A stretch of 64,000 nt of DNA from Eledone cirrhosa (taxonomy: Eukaryota): assembly GCA_964016885.1 (NCBI GenBank), contig OZ024747.1:79422001-79486000 (forward strand), given 5' to 3'. Below are positions 26,701 through 40,836 of this stretch, piece after piece (position 1 is the first letter of the stretch; each line of letters opens with the position of its first letter). The position numbers and the translations under genes are program-made. The notes beneath the pieces were generated by a model. The model did not search any database and was not told the DNA's origin. It worked only from the letters and a program-made list of their open reading frames with translations.

Positions 26701-29700
26701 TCATAACTGGTATTCATTTCATTGAGCTTAGTGAGATGAAAGGTGTATTTGAACTCAAGATAAGGACAGAACTAAATACTAAATGACCAGCAATTTGGGG
26801 GATAATCAATTAAATCAGTCCCAATTCTTGATTGGTATTTTATGTTATTGAAAGGCAAAGTTGACTTTGGCGGGTTTTGAACTCAAAACATAAAGAGCCA
26901 GAACAAATACCAGAAGGCAATTTGTCTGACACTAACAATTCTGCCAATCTACAGCATTAAAAATAAGAATTTCTGAGACATAGGGCCACAAATTGGGTGG
27001 TGGAGGGGTAAAATCAATAAAATTAACTAATTCTTTATTGATAATTTACTTTATCAACTCCTGAAGAAAGAAAGAAAAAGACAAAGATGACCTTCATGGA
27101 ATTTGAACTCAGAAACATTGCAAAGCATCTTGTCCAACAGTCGAACAATTTTGCCAATCTACTGATCCTGGACTGGTAATTTATTTATCAACCTTTGGTG
27201 GGATTTGAACTCAGAGCGTAAAGAGTCAAAACACATACTATTTAATTTGACTGTTTAATGACTGACAATTTGGCACCTTACATCATCAGTTAACATCTGT
27301 TTCTCCATACTGGCATGGATTGAACAAGATAAACTAAATCAATACTTATTTAGAGCTATTGTCATTGCTGAATAGCCATAGCTCACATAAATTCTAGTTT
27401 TTGCATTGTTTCTACAGCTGGATGCTATCTTTACATATTTTTAAGAATTGCAAAAATAACAGAATTTCTGTAGATTTGTAGCAAATTAAATAAACATAAT
27501 TCAGATTTTTGTATTCCCTTGATATAAATCCAACCAATCATTTTTTTGTTTTCATGGGTTTTTATTTTAAATATAACTTAACAATTTTGATACTAAGCCA
27601 CTTCTATAATATAAAACTATTGATTTTAATGTGTTTATATCTATCTAAGAACCTTTAAGTTAGTTATGCTCCGAACACCATCTTTATAATGAAAAAGTTA
27701 TATTACTAAATCACCCCAAATTCTTATTTTCAAAATGATTTGAAAAACATTGGCAGTGTCTTTCATTGGAAATATAACAAAATGGTTAATTTATTTAGAT
27801 ATTTTTTTTATCTAAAACCCTTTTATTATAATTTTTATGTAAAAGCCTTTGTTTCAAACATCAGGTAAATAATGAGAAAATTAGTTAATTTTATTTAATC
27901 CCTTTAAATTCTTATTTTAAAAACTATTTGCAAATCAGAGGCAGTGTATTTCAAAATACCTCTCTCTCTCAGGGAAGAGCAGATTATACAATACCAGTGT
28001 TTGAACTACTATGCTGCATGGCAGTGGGACATAAGCAGCTAAAAAGAAATGAAGAAAAATGGAACATATGAGCAAGGAAAATAGATGTTAAATGATGATG
28101 ATATATATATATATGTGTCTGGGTGTGTGATTACTCTCTCATTGAGTGCTTTGTGACAGCCTTCAAAAATCGTTTGCAAATCTGCTACTCGCAGCTGCAA
28201 CATCGGTTATACTCATTATTATTATTATATATATATTGAATTTTTCTGAATATTGAAAGCAAAAATAAAGTAATAAATGCATATGTTCATGAAAACACAC
28301 CGAGAAAGAAATTTGTATGAGAGAGAGAGAAACTATATATATTTGTGTACATAAGTAGAAACTATCTTCATCTCCATGGCTTCATAACAGTGGAACCTCT
28401 AGTGGAGGTTATTTCATTATTTATTAAGACCCTAACCGTCTCATGTCCAACATCTCCTTTCTCTTCCTCCCCAACTTCCTCTGAATTTGAGCCTATGTTA
28501 GTGTGATCCACCTGAAAGTATAGAAATAATATTTGGGCCATAGTTTCACTTGATTCAACAACAGGTGAGTATTGTCCCCAAGAAAACAACACAGAGTTTC
28601 AATAATTAAATTTTCATGCCTTGCATACCGTCGAAACCTCTGTTATTGGTTTCTACACAGAAAGACAGCCCACCCTAGGAAGGATCCCTGTGTGACAGGC
28701 CATTCTCCATGGCAATGCCTTTGCCATTTTGTTTGTGGGACACGGCTGAATCACCGCTCAGACTGAGGTGTAGAGTCTGTCCCTCCCTCTCTTGCTTTCC
28801 TTTTTTTTTGTTTCATTTAAATATATTATTTTTTTAATTGTAAATATTATATTCTATTTTTCAATTTAGCATTCCATTTTTAACGTGATTTTCTCCAGTT
28901 ATCAATAAAGCATGGGTAAATTTTTACAACTATACCTATCTCACATTGGTGGTGAAATTTATGTTTTGGACAAATCTGGCTGTCAAAACCGTTGGAAATT
29001 ATTTGATTTTTACTTAACTAAAAAACAAACGATTTCTGACAGTTTTGAAGATCAGATTCATTAAAAGCACAACAGAAACTATAGTAAAAAAAAAATTTCA
29101 CCATTTAAAGCCAGACAGGTGTAATAGTAAAGAAATTTTTTAGGGTATCACCCAGCTAACTAAAAGAATCAAATCATTGTCAATGGTTTTGAAAATCAGA
29201 TTTGTTCAAAACGCACCAAAACATAATTTTCAGCTCCTACACAAGGTAGATGTAATTGTAAAGATTAACCAAAGCAGGAATTTAAGAAGTTTTTCTTTCT
29301 CTTATTGAAGAAAAGAGAATAAAAATGTCAAAATAAAAATCAATTTTTCATTTTTTTAACAATGATTGGGTGCAAAATGATTCCATTTGTTTGGAAGGGG
29401 CAAAGGGTCATATATGTCTAGTTTTGAAATAATAACAATTCATTTGAAGCAGAAATAATATAATTTCATACTCAAACATGGGTCATACATAACCATAAAT
29501 AGCACCAGACCTTCTAGATTGTAAATAATTTTAACATTGGCTCAAGGCCAGCAATTTGGAGGAAGGGGAAAAAAAAAATCAATTATATCAACCCCAGTAC
29601 TTAACTGGTACTTTTTCCTTTCATCCTTCCATGGGGTTAAGATAAGTTGACCTTGGTGGGATTTGAACTCAGAATGTAGAAAGCCATAACTAAATACCAC

Positions 29701-30007
29701 GTATTTTATCTGACTCTATGGATACTGCTAGCCCATAGCCCTTCTAGGGCTTAAACAAAAATATCAATCATCTATTAAAAAAAAAAAATGATTTGCAGGA
29801 CATAATGTCAGAAACCTGAACACATTCCCCCAAAACAGAAAGATATGAGATTCAGAATACAAGAGATTTTCCAGGGAGTAACCTTCTGAAATATTGTCAG
29901 TATTTGAAACAGTTTGACACATAAGTAGAATATGGTACAACAAAACAGTTTTAACAAACAGTATGTAAGACAATTCAACATATTACAAGGATATAATGTT
30001 ACATTAA

Positions 30008-30203
30008 CCCTTTAGCATTTAAACTGGCCAGAATTCTCTCATCTCTCTGTTCAAACCAACCATAACTGGCCACTCTTACTGATGTTAAGGTATTATTCAC
30101 AAAATAAATAATATCAAAATCTCATAGATCTGATATTAAGTAAGATAAAACCTTTACCATGAAAATACAATAGTAGATATAGAGTAATGTAAATGCTAAA
30201 GGG
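30008..30203. mobile_element. piggyBac-like MITE
   Basis: TTAA|CCCTTTAGCATTTA...TAAATGCTAAAGGG|TTAA: TIRs and TTAA target-site duplication. Confidence 0.85.
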
Positions 30204-30542
30204 TTAAACTGCAGATAAACTAATGAGATATGATGTACTAAACAAGGTAATAATACTACACTTTCTTCAGATGTAGCCAATCAGCACACTAACAGAATAT
30301 GACGTGACAGCACATTATAACTTTGGCCATGATGTCAAAGCACTTTCTCATAACATGATATGCCCCACAGTACTTTCTAATAACCAGACATTATGTCCCA
30401 GAAGTAATATGACACATTATAGAATCACAATGACATGCCCAGTTTTATAAATATATATATATACACATTCATACACACATACACAATTTTTAACGTTCCA
30501 GTTAAATCATATACAAAGATGCATACATATAACGTGTTTGAA

Positions 30543-30586
<44 letters not shown>

Positions 30587-31399
30587 TTCTTTTGTAACCC
30601 AATATATATTATGCAGAGGTGGCCACCTGGACCTACTTGCTATATATTCCTGTTGCATTACAGATATCTGGGGTTGAAAACATTGTTTCAAAAAGGAGCT
30701 CATAATGAGCGTGAAACCTTTCAGGAAGCCCACAAGTTTAACCTCTGCTTTAGCAAGGAACAATGGCCTTTGCTGTATCATAATAGTCTGATATGCTGAA
30801 GAGTTTCACGACTAGCCCACTGTATGAAGAGCCAATATAATAGCAAACACACACAAACAAACATTAACTCGTACACATTATGGTAGGCTGAGTGTTTGTA
30901 AGAGTTCAGTGGCAGATCATGCATGTCCATTCACCATTAACAGTAACAGCAACAAAGAAACACCCTGTAGTTATATTATTACTATAGTTATTTAACAATA
31001 ATATATATAATAATTTGTTATATTTATGCATGTATATATATATAAGTTTCTCCCGAATGAAACAGTTCTAGTCCTGTAGAAGCCATTTCTATATTATATA
31101 TATATACTTGCATATACATACTATACACACAACAGACAGTAGATGGAAGCATGTGTGTGTGTATGTGTGAAAAGAGAGAGAATGAGTGAGTGAGCAAGGA
31201 AGGAAATTGTGATCAAGTATGTGTTTGAAAATAAAAATTTACAAAGTTTTTCAAAAATAATAAATATTAACATGAAAGAAAAATAGTTTAGAAATGTGCA
31301 ACCTCTTCCCATGAGATTAATAGAATTTATAAAATAGAGAAAAATAGAAATAGGTTTGGCAACAAATAGAAAAAGGCAATGGTTACTGGATATGTATAA

Positions 31400-31800
31400 T
31401 TAACCCTTTCATTACCATCTTTTTAACAAAAGACACTACCTAGGTATTGCAAATAATGTTTTAAATATTCAAGAATTTTTAGGGATTTAATAATATAACT
31501 AATTTTCTATTATTAAGCTGATGTTTGGAACAGAGGTTCTTACATAAAATTATGATTAAAGGTATTTAGATAAATATAAATACTTTAACCCTTTTGTTAC
31601 TATATTTCTAATGAAAGACACACAAATAATTTTGAAAATAAGAATTTGGAGGGATTGAGTAATATAATTAATTTTCTCATTATTAAGCTGGTGTTTGGAA
31701 CATAAAATTGCATAAAATTATGATGGAAGATTTTTTAGATATATATAAACACTTTAAAATAAACGAATTTGTATTATTGAACCATGGGTGGTTTTGCAGA
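31400..31800. mobile_element. Second TTAA/CCCTTT-terminated non-autonomous family, two nested or tandem partial copies; relatives at about 15200, 16290, 27580 and 53895
   Basis: TTAACCCTTT(C/T)(A/G)TTAC(C/T)AT start and a shared internal AATTTTCTCATTATTAAGCTGGTGTTTGGAAC. Confidence 0.6.
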
Positions 31801-32629
31801 ACCCACTTTTGTCGGGATCCCAAATAAGGGGAGATTCAAAGAGGATGAAATGAAGGGATAGATCATTTCAGTATTTTACTCATTCATTCACTGTTTCTCT
31901 GTCTTCTTCGATCTATCACTTTCACTCTCTCTATCAGCCTTATATATATAATCCTCATCATCATTTACATATATAAGGAATCTATTGATGTCATATTCCT
32001 ATGAGGGCAATATGAGATGATTTATCTGGAATAGCCCAATCAACACGCAATGATTCATGAAATGAATTCACTGTTTCACAGAGTTTATTCTATTTTAAAG
32101 GGGCTATGAACAGAGGACAAAGATAACATGTGAACCTCATACAATGGACAACAACAAATACTCAGGAATGGACAGAGAGAGAGAGAGAAGAAAACAGTTT
32201 GAAGATGTATCTGAGATGACGAAACAGATCTTTAACTTCTCTGCCATGCCATCAATAACCAACACCATAGTTTGTCAATTTGTCCTCACCATCATCCAAC
32301 AATGGAATAGCATTATCTTTTATCAAGCAAAATCTTCTATAAACCATTAAATAGTCTTCGTCAGATAAACGAATATGTGTGTGTGTATATATATATATAA
32401 ATAAATAAATATATATATACACACACATATATATCACTCTGGACGCATGTATAGGTGTGGTAGTTTATGATGCATGCTTGAATGTATGTTTTTTATATAT
32501 GCATATATATAAAATTTTCCTATGTATGTGTATGCATATCTGTATGCTGTGTGTGTGTGTATATATATATACATACATATACATATATATATATACACAC
32601 CACTACCAATGTGCAACGATTGGCATAGC

Positions 32630-33163
32630 TTAGCAACCATCTTTACAACCCACAACGGCACCTATTATTATCCATAAAACTATTCCGGCAACAATACTGA
32701 TGTATATAAAGCACACAGCTAGTTTACCGTCTCTTTGCATGAGGCCATACAGTCCTTTGGACTGGTGTTTCAGTGTCTTCTGTACATAGTGATACGCTAC
32801 AAGTGCTGTAGGGAAAAAGAACACAAAGCTGACACAGGACGCAATCAAAACCCATTGCAGATGTTTCCAGGGTCGTGGTAGCATCTCTGCAGAGGGCACA
32901 CGCCGTACCATATGAGGAACGGAAACTGTTGTTTCTCTGTATGGGTTGTCCGTTGTGTTCATGAATACTGGTTCTATGGAAAATGCTCTCATGTCCTCGG
33001 GACCACCGCCAGAGGGTGTGTTTTGGTCAATCAGTGAAGTAACATCCACTGACATGGCTCCATTGTGGGCATTTAGGTCGGCAGTAAAATCACTGTCCTC
33101 ATGGATCTCCTTGTGTAAGGGCTGCCTCTCACTGGAATGGTTGCCATTGTCACCAGACGACAT
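32630..33163 (-). CDS. CD225/dispanin-family (IFITM/PRRT-like) membrane protein, 177 aa, single coding exon
   Basis: Disordered N-terminus, then P..HL.WVLIASCVSFVFFFPTALVAYHY...G.Y...A..GKLA..FIYISIVAGIVLWII (two hydrophobic segments, CD225 pattern); TTTTGCAG acceptor opens the exon at 33213. Confidence 0.85.
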   Translation of the reverse strand: MSSGDNGNHSSERQPLHKEIHEDSDFTADLNAHNGAMSVDVTSLIDQNTPSGGGPEDMRAFSIEPVFMNTTDNPYRETTVSVPHMVRRVPSAEMLPRPWKHLQWVLIASCVSFVFFFPTALVAYHYVQKTLKHQSKGLYGLMQRDGKLAVCFIYISIVAGIVLWIIIGAVVGCKDGC

Positions 33164-34750
33164 CTTTCTAGCAGCAGCTGTCTTCTCACGTACAGAAGAA
33201 ATACACGAGGCCACTGCAAAATAAAAAATAAAAAAACATTTAATACATTCCAACATAATTTCAACACATGCAGTAAACAAAAATTAATGTTACTTGTTTC
33301 ATACAAAGCAGAAAGGTAAATGTAATCATACACTTTATACACACACACACACATATATCATCATCATCATCGTTTAACGTCCATTTTCCACGCTAGCATG
33401 GCTTAGACGGTTTTTTTTCCATTTGATGCAGGAATGGTTGGGAGACCATGTCTCGCTCACACGGAAGTGTCTCTGGCATTTTTTTTTTATATGTATATAT
33501 ATATATATATATAGTGCCATGATAAAATATATTCACCTCACTTTGTAAAGTGGTTGGTGTTAGGAAGGGCATCCAGCCATAAAATCCATGGCAAAATGGA
33601 ACATATGAGCAAGATGTGGTCATTTGTCCTGCCTAGTCTGAGAAATTAACAACATATCAAACCCATGTCTCCATAGAAAATGGATGTAAAACAGTGATGA
33701 TTATATATCTTCATCATTTCTTTTACATCCACGTTTCCATGCTGGTATGGGTTGGACAAGATGTTTTGAGACAATGTTTTACATCCAGATACTCTTCCTG
33801 ACACCAACCCTTGTAGTCACATCTTATAACATACAGTCTATTCTAAAGTCTGAGAACCTCCATAACAATTTTATGTAAGAACCTTTGTTATGTTTTGCTC
33901 CAAACACCCAATCAAAATCATAAGCAGTGTCTATCATTAAAAATATGGTAACAAAGGGGTTAAACCAGACAGGTTTAACATGAATGTCTTATCACTTTCA
34001 TTACGGGGCACAGCCTTTCTGCCCCCATGCCCTAGGTCCAATAACCCTCCCCCTTCACCCCTCCCCTCTCTTCTGCGACACCAGAGCTCTTGCCATCGCC
34101 TTCCCGTTCTTTTTTTCTTGCTTTTCTTCTTTTTTCTCTATACTTCCCTATTCTTTTGTTTCCTTTTCTTTTTTTATTATTGCCATTATTATTATTATTT
34201 GGATTGGCAGAATTGGTAGAAGGTCGGACACCATGCTTTGCAGCATAGAATTATGTCCCCTTATGGTCTGAGTTCAAATAAAGTACCAGTAATGTACTGG
34301 GATAATTGGTGGCCTTGTGCCAAATGTAGAAACAATTATTATTATTATTATTACTGTAAATAAAGTTTATTTCAATAAAAAACAAAATTTAGTGTTTGAT
34401 TCAAGTGTAACTATAAATGTTGGTGAAAGGCTTAGGACAATATACTTAAATGAAGATTTATCCATTAGCTACAGGTTAACGAGCTAAGTGAAAAGCTTCC
34501 TAGAGTAGCTGTTCTACATTTTCTAGTTGTTGCTGTAGGTTAAGAGATAAGCTTCCTAAATGATTCAGCTACTCTACATGTTGTACTTGTTGCTGTTATT
34601 AGTTCTTTGCAAGCAAACTTCATCATCATCATTATTTTACATCCACTTTCCATAATCTCAGTGGTTGAACGAGTTGTCACGATCCAAGACTAGACGTGTC
34701 TGACAATTATATCTCACTCAGCAACCATAACAATACACCACGTGTTTGTG

Positions 34751-34785
<35 letters not shown>

Positions 34786-35495
34786 GTGTATAGACAATAT
34801 GCCCCCACCCCCTCCCACTGCAAAGTGGACGTGTAGGCGCCATGGCAAAAAAGCACCCAGCACTCACTGTAAATGAGGTTGGTGTTAGAAAGGGCATCCA
34901 ACTGTAGAAATCAAGCCAGAATCAGTTCTCGTATGAGCAAGACAAGGTCAGCCGACTGGACACTGCCCACAACAGGACAGCCCGTCTAACCCATGCTAAC
35001 ATGAAAGAACGGACGTAAAACAGTGATGATGATATATGTATGTAAAAGGTAAACAGAAATAACAACACAATCGGTACAGTATAAGAAAGGGATATATTAG
35101 GCTAACGCTTGATATAGCAGGAAGAGGGTCTTAACGTTTCGGACGCTAGTCCTTCATAAGAAGAAAGAATGAGAAATAAGATAGATTGAGGGGACGGGCG
35201 GGTTGGAATTGGAAAAAATGTCTTTAGATAAAAATAACAGGTCCATTCATGTTGACATCTCTTACAAAACTTGATGTATGATTTATTTTTTAGAAAAGTG
35301 GATGATGGAGCGCGTCAACCTGTATGTAACTCTTTAACATTTTCAAACACAGACACACACACACAATACATTTCCTATATCAGCCATGTTGCTACAATAA
35401 TAAATTTACTTTTTGTCCCTGCAAATAATTATTTCACCAAAGTTACTCATACAATTTAATCCAGAATGTCATTTATACATACATGCTGAACATTT

Positions 35496-36198
35496 ATGTA
35501 ATTATATCCTAGAAATACATTATTGAAATATCATTTTCCTCTGTCAGTAATCAACATAAACTAAAGAATTTCGCCTATCAAAACCACATTTCCTGGTTTG
35601 TATTATTGGTTATATATCAAGTAACCCTGGTTTATATGGCATACCAGTCCTTCACCCCAACCATTACCGTTATCATTATTGACATATCTAGGGCGGTGGA
35701 TTGGCAGTATCAGTAGAGTCGGACGCCATGCTTTGTAGCATAGAGTTACGGTCCTTTTCGGTCTGAGTTCAAATCCCGCTGAGGTTAATTTTGCCTTTCA
35801 TCCTTACGGGGTCGATAAAATAAAGCACCAGTAACATACTGAGGTCGATTTAATCGACTTTCGTCTCCCCCCAAATTACTGGCCTTGTGCCTATACTAGA
35901 AATCATTATTGACATATCTAGATTGAAAAGTACTGATGGTAATTCTAGGCATCACAGTATGACTGAGATATTAGAAGACTTAAGTTTTGATGTATAGAAA
36001 CAACTGTGGAGACAGGCATGGCTGAAGATTGGTATGCCATCTATACCAGGATTACTGGATATATAACCAATAATACAAACCAGGAAATTTGTGTTTTGAT
36101 AAATTTATGGTTTGAATAAGCAAAACCCTTTAATTTATGTTGATTACTGACAGAGGAAAATGATATTTTAATAATGTATTTCTAGAATATAATTACAT
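35496..36198. mobile_element. Older MITE-like element with ~160-bp imperfect TIRs, interrupted by the SINE
   Basis: 35496..35655 is approximately the reverse complement of 36023..36198. Confidence 0.7.
35691..35902 (+). mobile_element. Full-length SINE family A with target-site duplication
   Basis: ATCATTATTGACATATCTAG repeated at 35672..35691 and 35902..35921. Confidence 0.9.
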
Positions 36199-37860
36199 AT
36201 CCTAGAAATATATTAGTAAAATATAATCAACAACAACAATAATAATGGTTTCTTATGTAGGCACAAGGCCAGCAATTTTGGGGGAGGGAACAGTCGATTA
36301 AATCGACCCCAGTGTGTGACTGGTACTTTATTTTATCGACCCCGTAGGGATGAAAGGCAATTGAAGGCAGTTCTCAGGTGTTCTGAAAGGGCAAGTATTC
36401 AGATTTGATCTGAAAGTCTACACACGTTAGTTAATTCCAGAGAGCTGGAGCGGCAAGATTTGAACTCAGATCGTAAAGGGACGTAACTATGCTGGAAAGC
36501 ATGGCGTCCGACCCTCTACAAACACTGCCAATCCACTGACATACTTCGCATCCATTGGTCCTTAATTCTTGGGCAAAATAAACCTGACAGGGCCCCATCC
36601 CTCTCCAGGTCAGAATACAGTCATTTACTCTCAGAGAAAGTATTGACCCCTTTATTGAACAGGAATTTTATTTATTAGCCTCAAAAGTACAAAAGACAGC
36701 AGGATTTGAACTAAAGGCACAGAGAACCAGAATAAATACTACAAAGCATTCCATCTGACTTTTTAACAACTTAGGAATTTCACACAACCTCTCAACTACA
36801 ATCACAGCTGGAAGGATGTAGTGATACCAGTGGCAGCAGGATTTGATGTAAAACACAAAGATGACTATTACTAAATATCAAAATAACTGTCAGTTCTTTA
36901 TAACCACCAGCTCAAATAACAATATAAAATGATCCTATTATTCCAGGGCATGGTATTTTTATATAGTACGATGTACAAGTGTTTGAATGTCGCATGGTGT
37001 CTAGTTTGATATACAAATGATTGAATGTTGTGTGCTGTGTCATATATACAGGTGATTGGATGTTGTGTGGTGTATTTATTTCAGATCAAAAATCAATCAC
37101 AAAATGAAGCAGGGCAATGTTGGGGAGGGGCTAGTATATTATTACAGCTATAAATTTGTTGGTCTTAATACACACATACCCAGTGAAATGAGAGCGAGAG
37201 AGAGTCAGAGACAGATAGAAATAAAGAGAGATAGAAAAACAATATATAGAGAGGGGGGGGGGGAACAAGCTGCTATTTTAAATGATATTGATAACAAACA
37301 TCTGTCAGGAAGACAGAGACAATTATGGATTTGGTTGCTTTGATATATATTTGTTCTATTGTCTGTAGAGTATTTTTACTGGGAGAGTGACATACATTTT
37401 AATGTGATGGGTTGGGTGAGGCAGTGGCTGACATTATCTTCACAACAAAGTGAATACTGAAGATAGTAATGAGATATTAGAACAACAACATCAACAAAAC
37501 ACTAACACTAAAACAACAACCACCAACAACAACTGTAACATCAACACCAACATCAACAACACCACCAACACCAGCAGCTGTAATATCAACAGCAACATCA
37601 ACAACAGCACATCACCAACACCAACATCAACAACACCACCACCAACAACACCAACACCAACACATCACCAACCACAACAGCACATCACCAACCACAACAG
37701 CACCATCAACAACAACACCAACTGCTGCTCACATTAAACACGAAAGCAATATGCAGATAGCTGTGTAGTTAAGATGTCACTTCAAAACCATAAACTTCAG
37801 TTCCATTGTGTTTTTATTAGAACTTTGTTAGTGAATTTGGAAACTATAAGGAAGCCCGTT

Positions 37861-38848
37861 AACCCTCCCTAGTGTTGGTGTAAAGTACCAAGAGGACTCT
37901 TCAGTAGTGTCAACACAACAACCTCCCTAGTATTGGTGTAAAGTACCAAGAGAACTCTTCAGTAGTGTCAACAACATAACAACCTCCCTATTATTGGTGT
38001 AAAGTATCAAGAGAACTCTTCAGTAGTGTCAACAACATAACAACCTCCCTAGTATTAGTGTAAAGTACCAAGAGAACTCTTCAGTATCAATAACAACAAC
38101 CTCCCTAGTATTGGTGTAAAGTACCAAGAGAACTCTTCAGTTGTGTCAACAACACAACAACCTCCCTATTATTGGTGTAAAGTATCAAGAGAACTCTTCA
38201 GTAGTGTCAACAACATAACAACCTCCCTAGTATTGGTGTAAAGTACCAAGAGATCTCTTCAGTATCAATAACAACAACCTCCCTAGTATTGGTGTAAAGT
38301 ACCAAGAGAACTCTTCAGTTGTGTCAACAACACAACCTCCCTATTATTGGTGTAAAGTATCAAGAGAACTCTTCAGTAGTGTCAACAACATAACAACCTC
38401 CCTAGTATTGGTGTAAAGTACCAAGAGAACTCTTCAGTATCAATAACAACAATCTCCCTAGTGTTGGTGTAAAGTACCAAGAGAACTCTTCAGTTGTGTC
38501 AACAACACAACAACCTCCCTATTATTGGTGTAAAGTATCAAGAGAACTCTTCAGTAGTGTCAACAACACAACAACCTCCCTAGTATTGGTGTAAAGTACC
38601 AATGGAACTCTTCAGTAGTGTCAATAACACAACAACCTCCTTAGTGTTGGTGTAAAGTACCAATGGAACTCTTCAGTTGTGTCAACAACACAACAACCTC
38701 CCTAGTGTTGGTGTAAAGTACCAATGGAACTCTTCAGTTGTGTCAACAACACAACAACCTCCCTAGTGTTGGTGTAAAGTACCAATGGAACTCTTCAGTT
38801 GTGTCAACAACACAGTGACCTTCCTAGTGTTGGTGTAAAGTACCAATG
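37861..38848. repeat. ~57-61-bp tandem satellite, about 17 units, with trimeric higher-order structure
   Basis: Unit AACCTCCCTAGTATTGGTGTAAAGTACCAAGAGAACTCTTCAGTAGTGTCAACAACATAAC; three variants recur in order. Confidence 0.95.
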
Positions 38849-39809
38849 GGAATGTATGTGTATGATCTGACACTAGACTGTGTGGGAGATAATATCTTGA
38901 CTTAAATGTTTCATATCTGGCTTGGATTCTATGAGTGGTTGCTCTTCCTAACATCAACCACTTCACAGTGTGTACTAAGTGTATTTTATAATGGCATCAA
39001 CACTAATATATCTTGTTTTGGTGTAGGACAGAACAAAGGAGAGACACAAAATAAATTAGTCACTGAGGAGGTCACAGAAAGTGTGGCAAAAGAATTTTAA
39101 CAATAAACAACCATGTGGTTATTAAACTAACAGACTGGGGTTTATAATAAATTGAAGTGAAACCAACAGGTGCGTGCATTTTTATTGCCAACATGACCCT
39201 CCCAAAATCTAACAATATATATATATATATATATATATATCGACAGTTGATCGACAAGATCTCAGACCTCATTCGCTTAACAAGTGGTGTGGAGCTCGTC
39301 AAATTGGACCGAGGAAGCAATGTTTCCATTGGTCTTTCCAATTGCTACTACTATCTGTCGGTTGCAAATCCAGGCAGAAGGAGTATTGTTAAATAAAGTG
39401 CCTTGCTCAAGGACATAACACATCACCCGGTCCAGGAATCAAAATCACAATCTCGCGATGGCGAATCCAATTGTCTAACCACTCAGCCACACACATATAC
39501 AATTTCATTATCTACAATTGAAAGAATTACTGTCTATAGTGTGTTACAATATCATTGAAGCCAGTTGAGTACGAGAATGATGGTAGCTCTGGTGTTAATG
39601 CTAAACACTAACTGTCATTTTGAATGTCAAGTGGATTTTTAGTTAGCAGCACATACACACACTTCTGGTAGGAAAATGAAATGGCAGGGTATTTTTGCCA
39701 GACAAATTATCTTCTGTGGCATTCATAAGCTAGATCATTCACCTACTATCACGTGTGTGTGTTTGTATAAGAAACATATATATCTATATGTGTGTGTGTG
39801 TGTGTATAT

Positions 39810-39998
39810 ATATTTATTAAAATAACAGATTAAAGTTTAAGCAAAGAATCGCTGCTTTTGAGTGAAAGCAGCAATTCCTTGCTTAAACTTTAATCTGTTA
39901 TTTTAATAAATATTTGCTCTATGGTTCTTATATATTTGATATATATTTATCCTTACGAGCCCTCTTTGGATTTTAGTCTGCACATTTATTATTATTAC

Positions 39999-40000
<2 letters not shown>
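39810..40000 (+). mobile_element. Fold-back element (~100-bp palindrome plus tail); same family at 7392..7540 and 48430..48620
   Basis: Shared TTAAGCAAAGAATCG.TGCTTT arm and CCTTA..GAG...CT.TGG.TTT.GTCT tail; flanked by (TA)n. Confidence 0.8.
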
Positions 40001-40029
<29 letters not shown>

Positions 40030-40449
40030 TAATTAGAAAGTGAACAACACAAAATATAACTACTCCATTACCAAAGTACCAAAGGTTTCTGGATCCGTAG
40101 TTATATTTTGTGTTGTTCACTTTCTAATTAAATAGCTCTGTTCTATACATAGAGCACTCTTTTTTCCTTTGCTTTTCCATCGGAATTACCTAACACACAC
40201 ACATATATATACACACACACACACACACATATACATGTGTGTGTGAGTCTATAAGTACAAATGACAGAAGAGTGTACTCAATACAATGTGTAGAGTGTAC
40301 ATCTGTAACGAAGCCAGACTACATACAAACATACATACACATTGCATTATATATTAATGAAAGGTAATGAAGCCTCAAGGATGTTGGTACATTTCTAACC
40401 ACCAGGGGATAGTTCATAATACACACACACAGATATATACACACACACA

Positions 40450-40836
40450 CACACACAGATATATATATAATCAAAAGTTTAACAAGGTTCATTGATTAAT
40501 CAATGAATAAAGTTTTACAATAGATTAGAAGCACTCAACAATGAGTTTTTCTGGAGTTAATATTACTTCAAAATATTAATAAATATAGACATTCATGTGA
40601 TCAAATATATTTTATTATACATATTTCAGAGGTACTGAGCTATTTCATCAGTACGTCCTCATCAGATAAAATAAATTGACTGCCAAGACTGGAATTGAAC
40701 CATCAGCACAGTTGAGGTATGTCAGACATCAATTTATTTTATCTGATGAGAACGTACTGATGAAATAGCTCAGTACCTCTGAAATATGTATTATAAAATA
40801 TATTTGATCACATGAATGTCTATATTTATTAATATT

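Noticed and set aside
37450-37737. Asn/Thr-rich ORF
   Set aside because: Degenerate (CAA/CAC)n low-complexity tract
37861-38848. CRISPR array or tandem retrozyme
   Set aside because: No unique spacers, eukaryotic context, and the minus-strand CTGAAGA has no downstream GAAA/UH core
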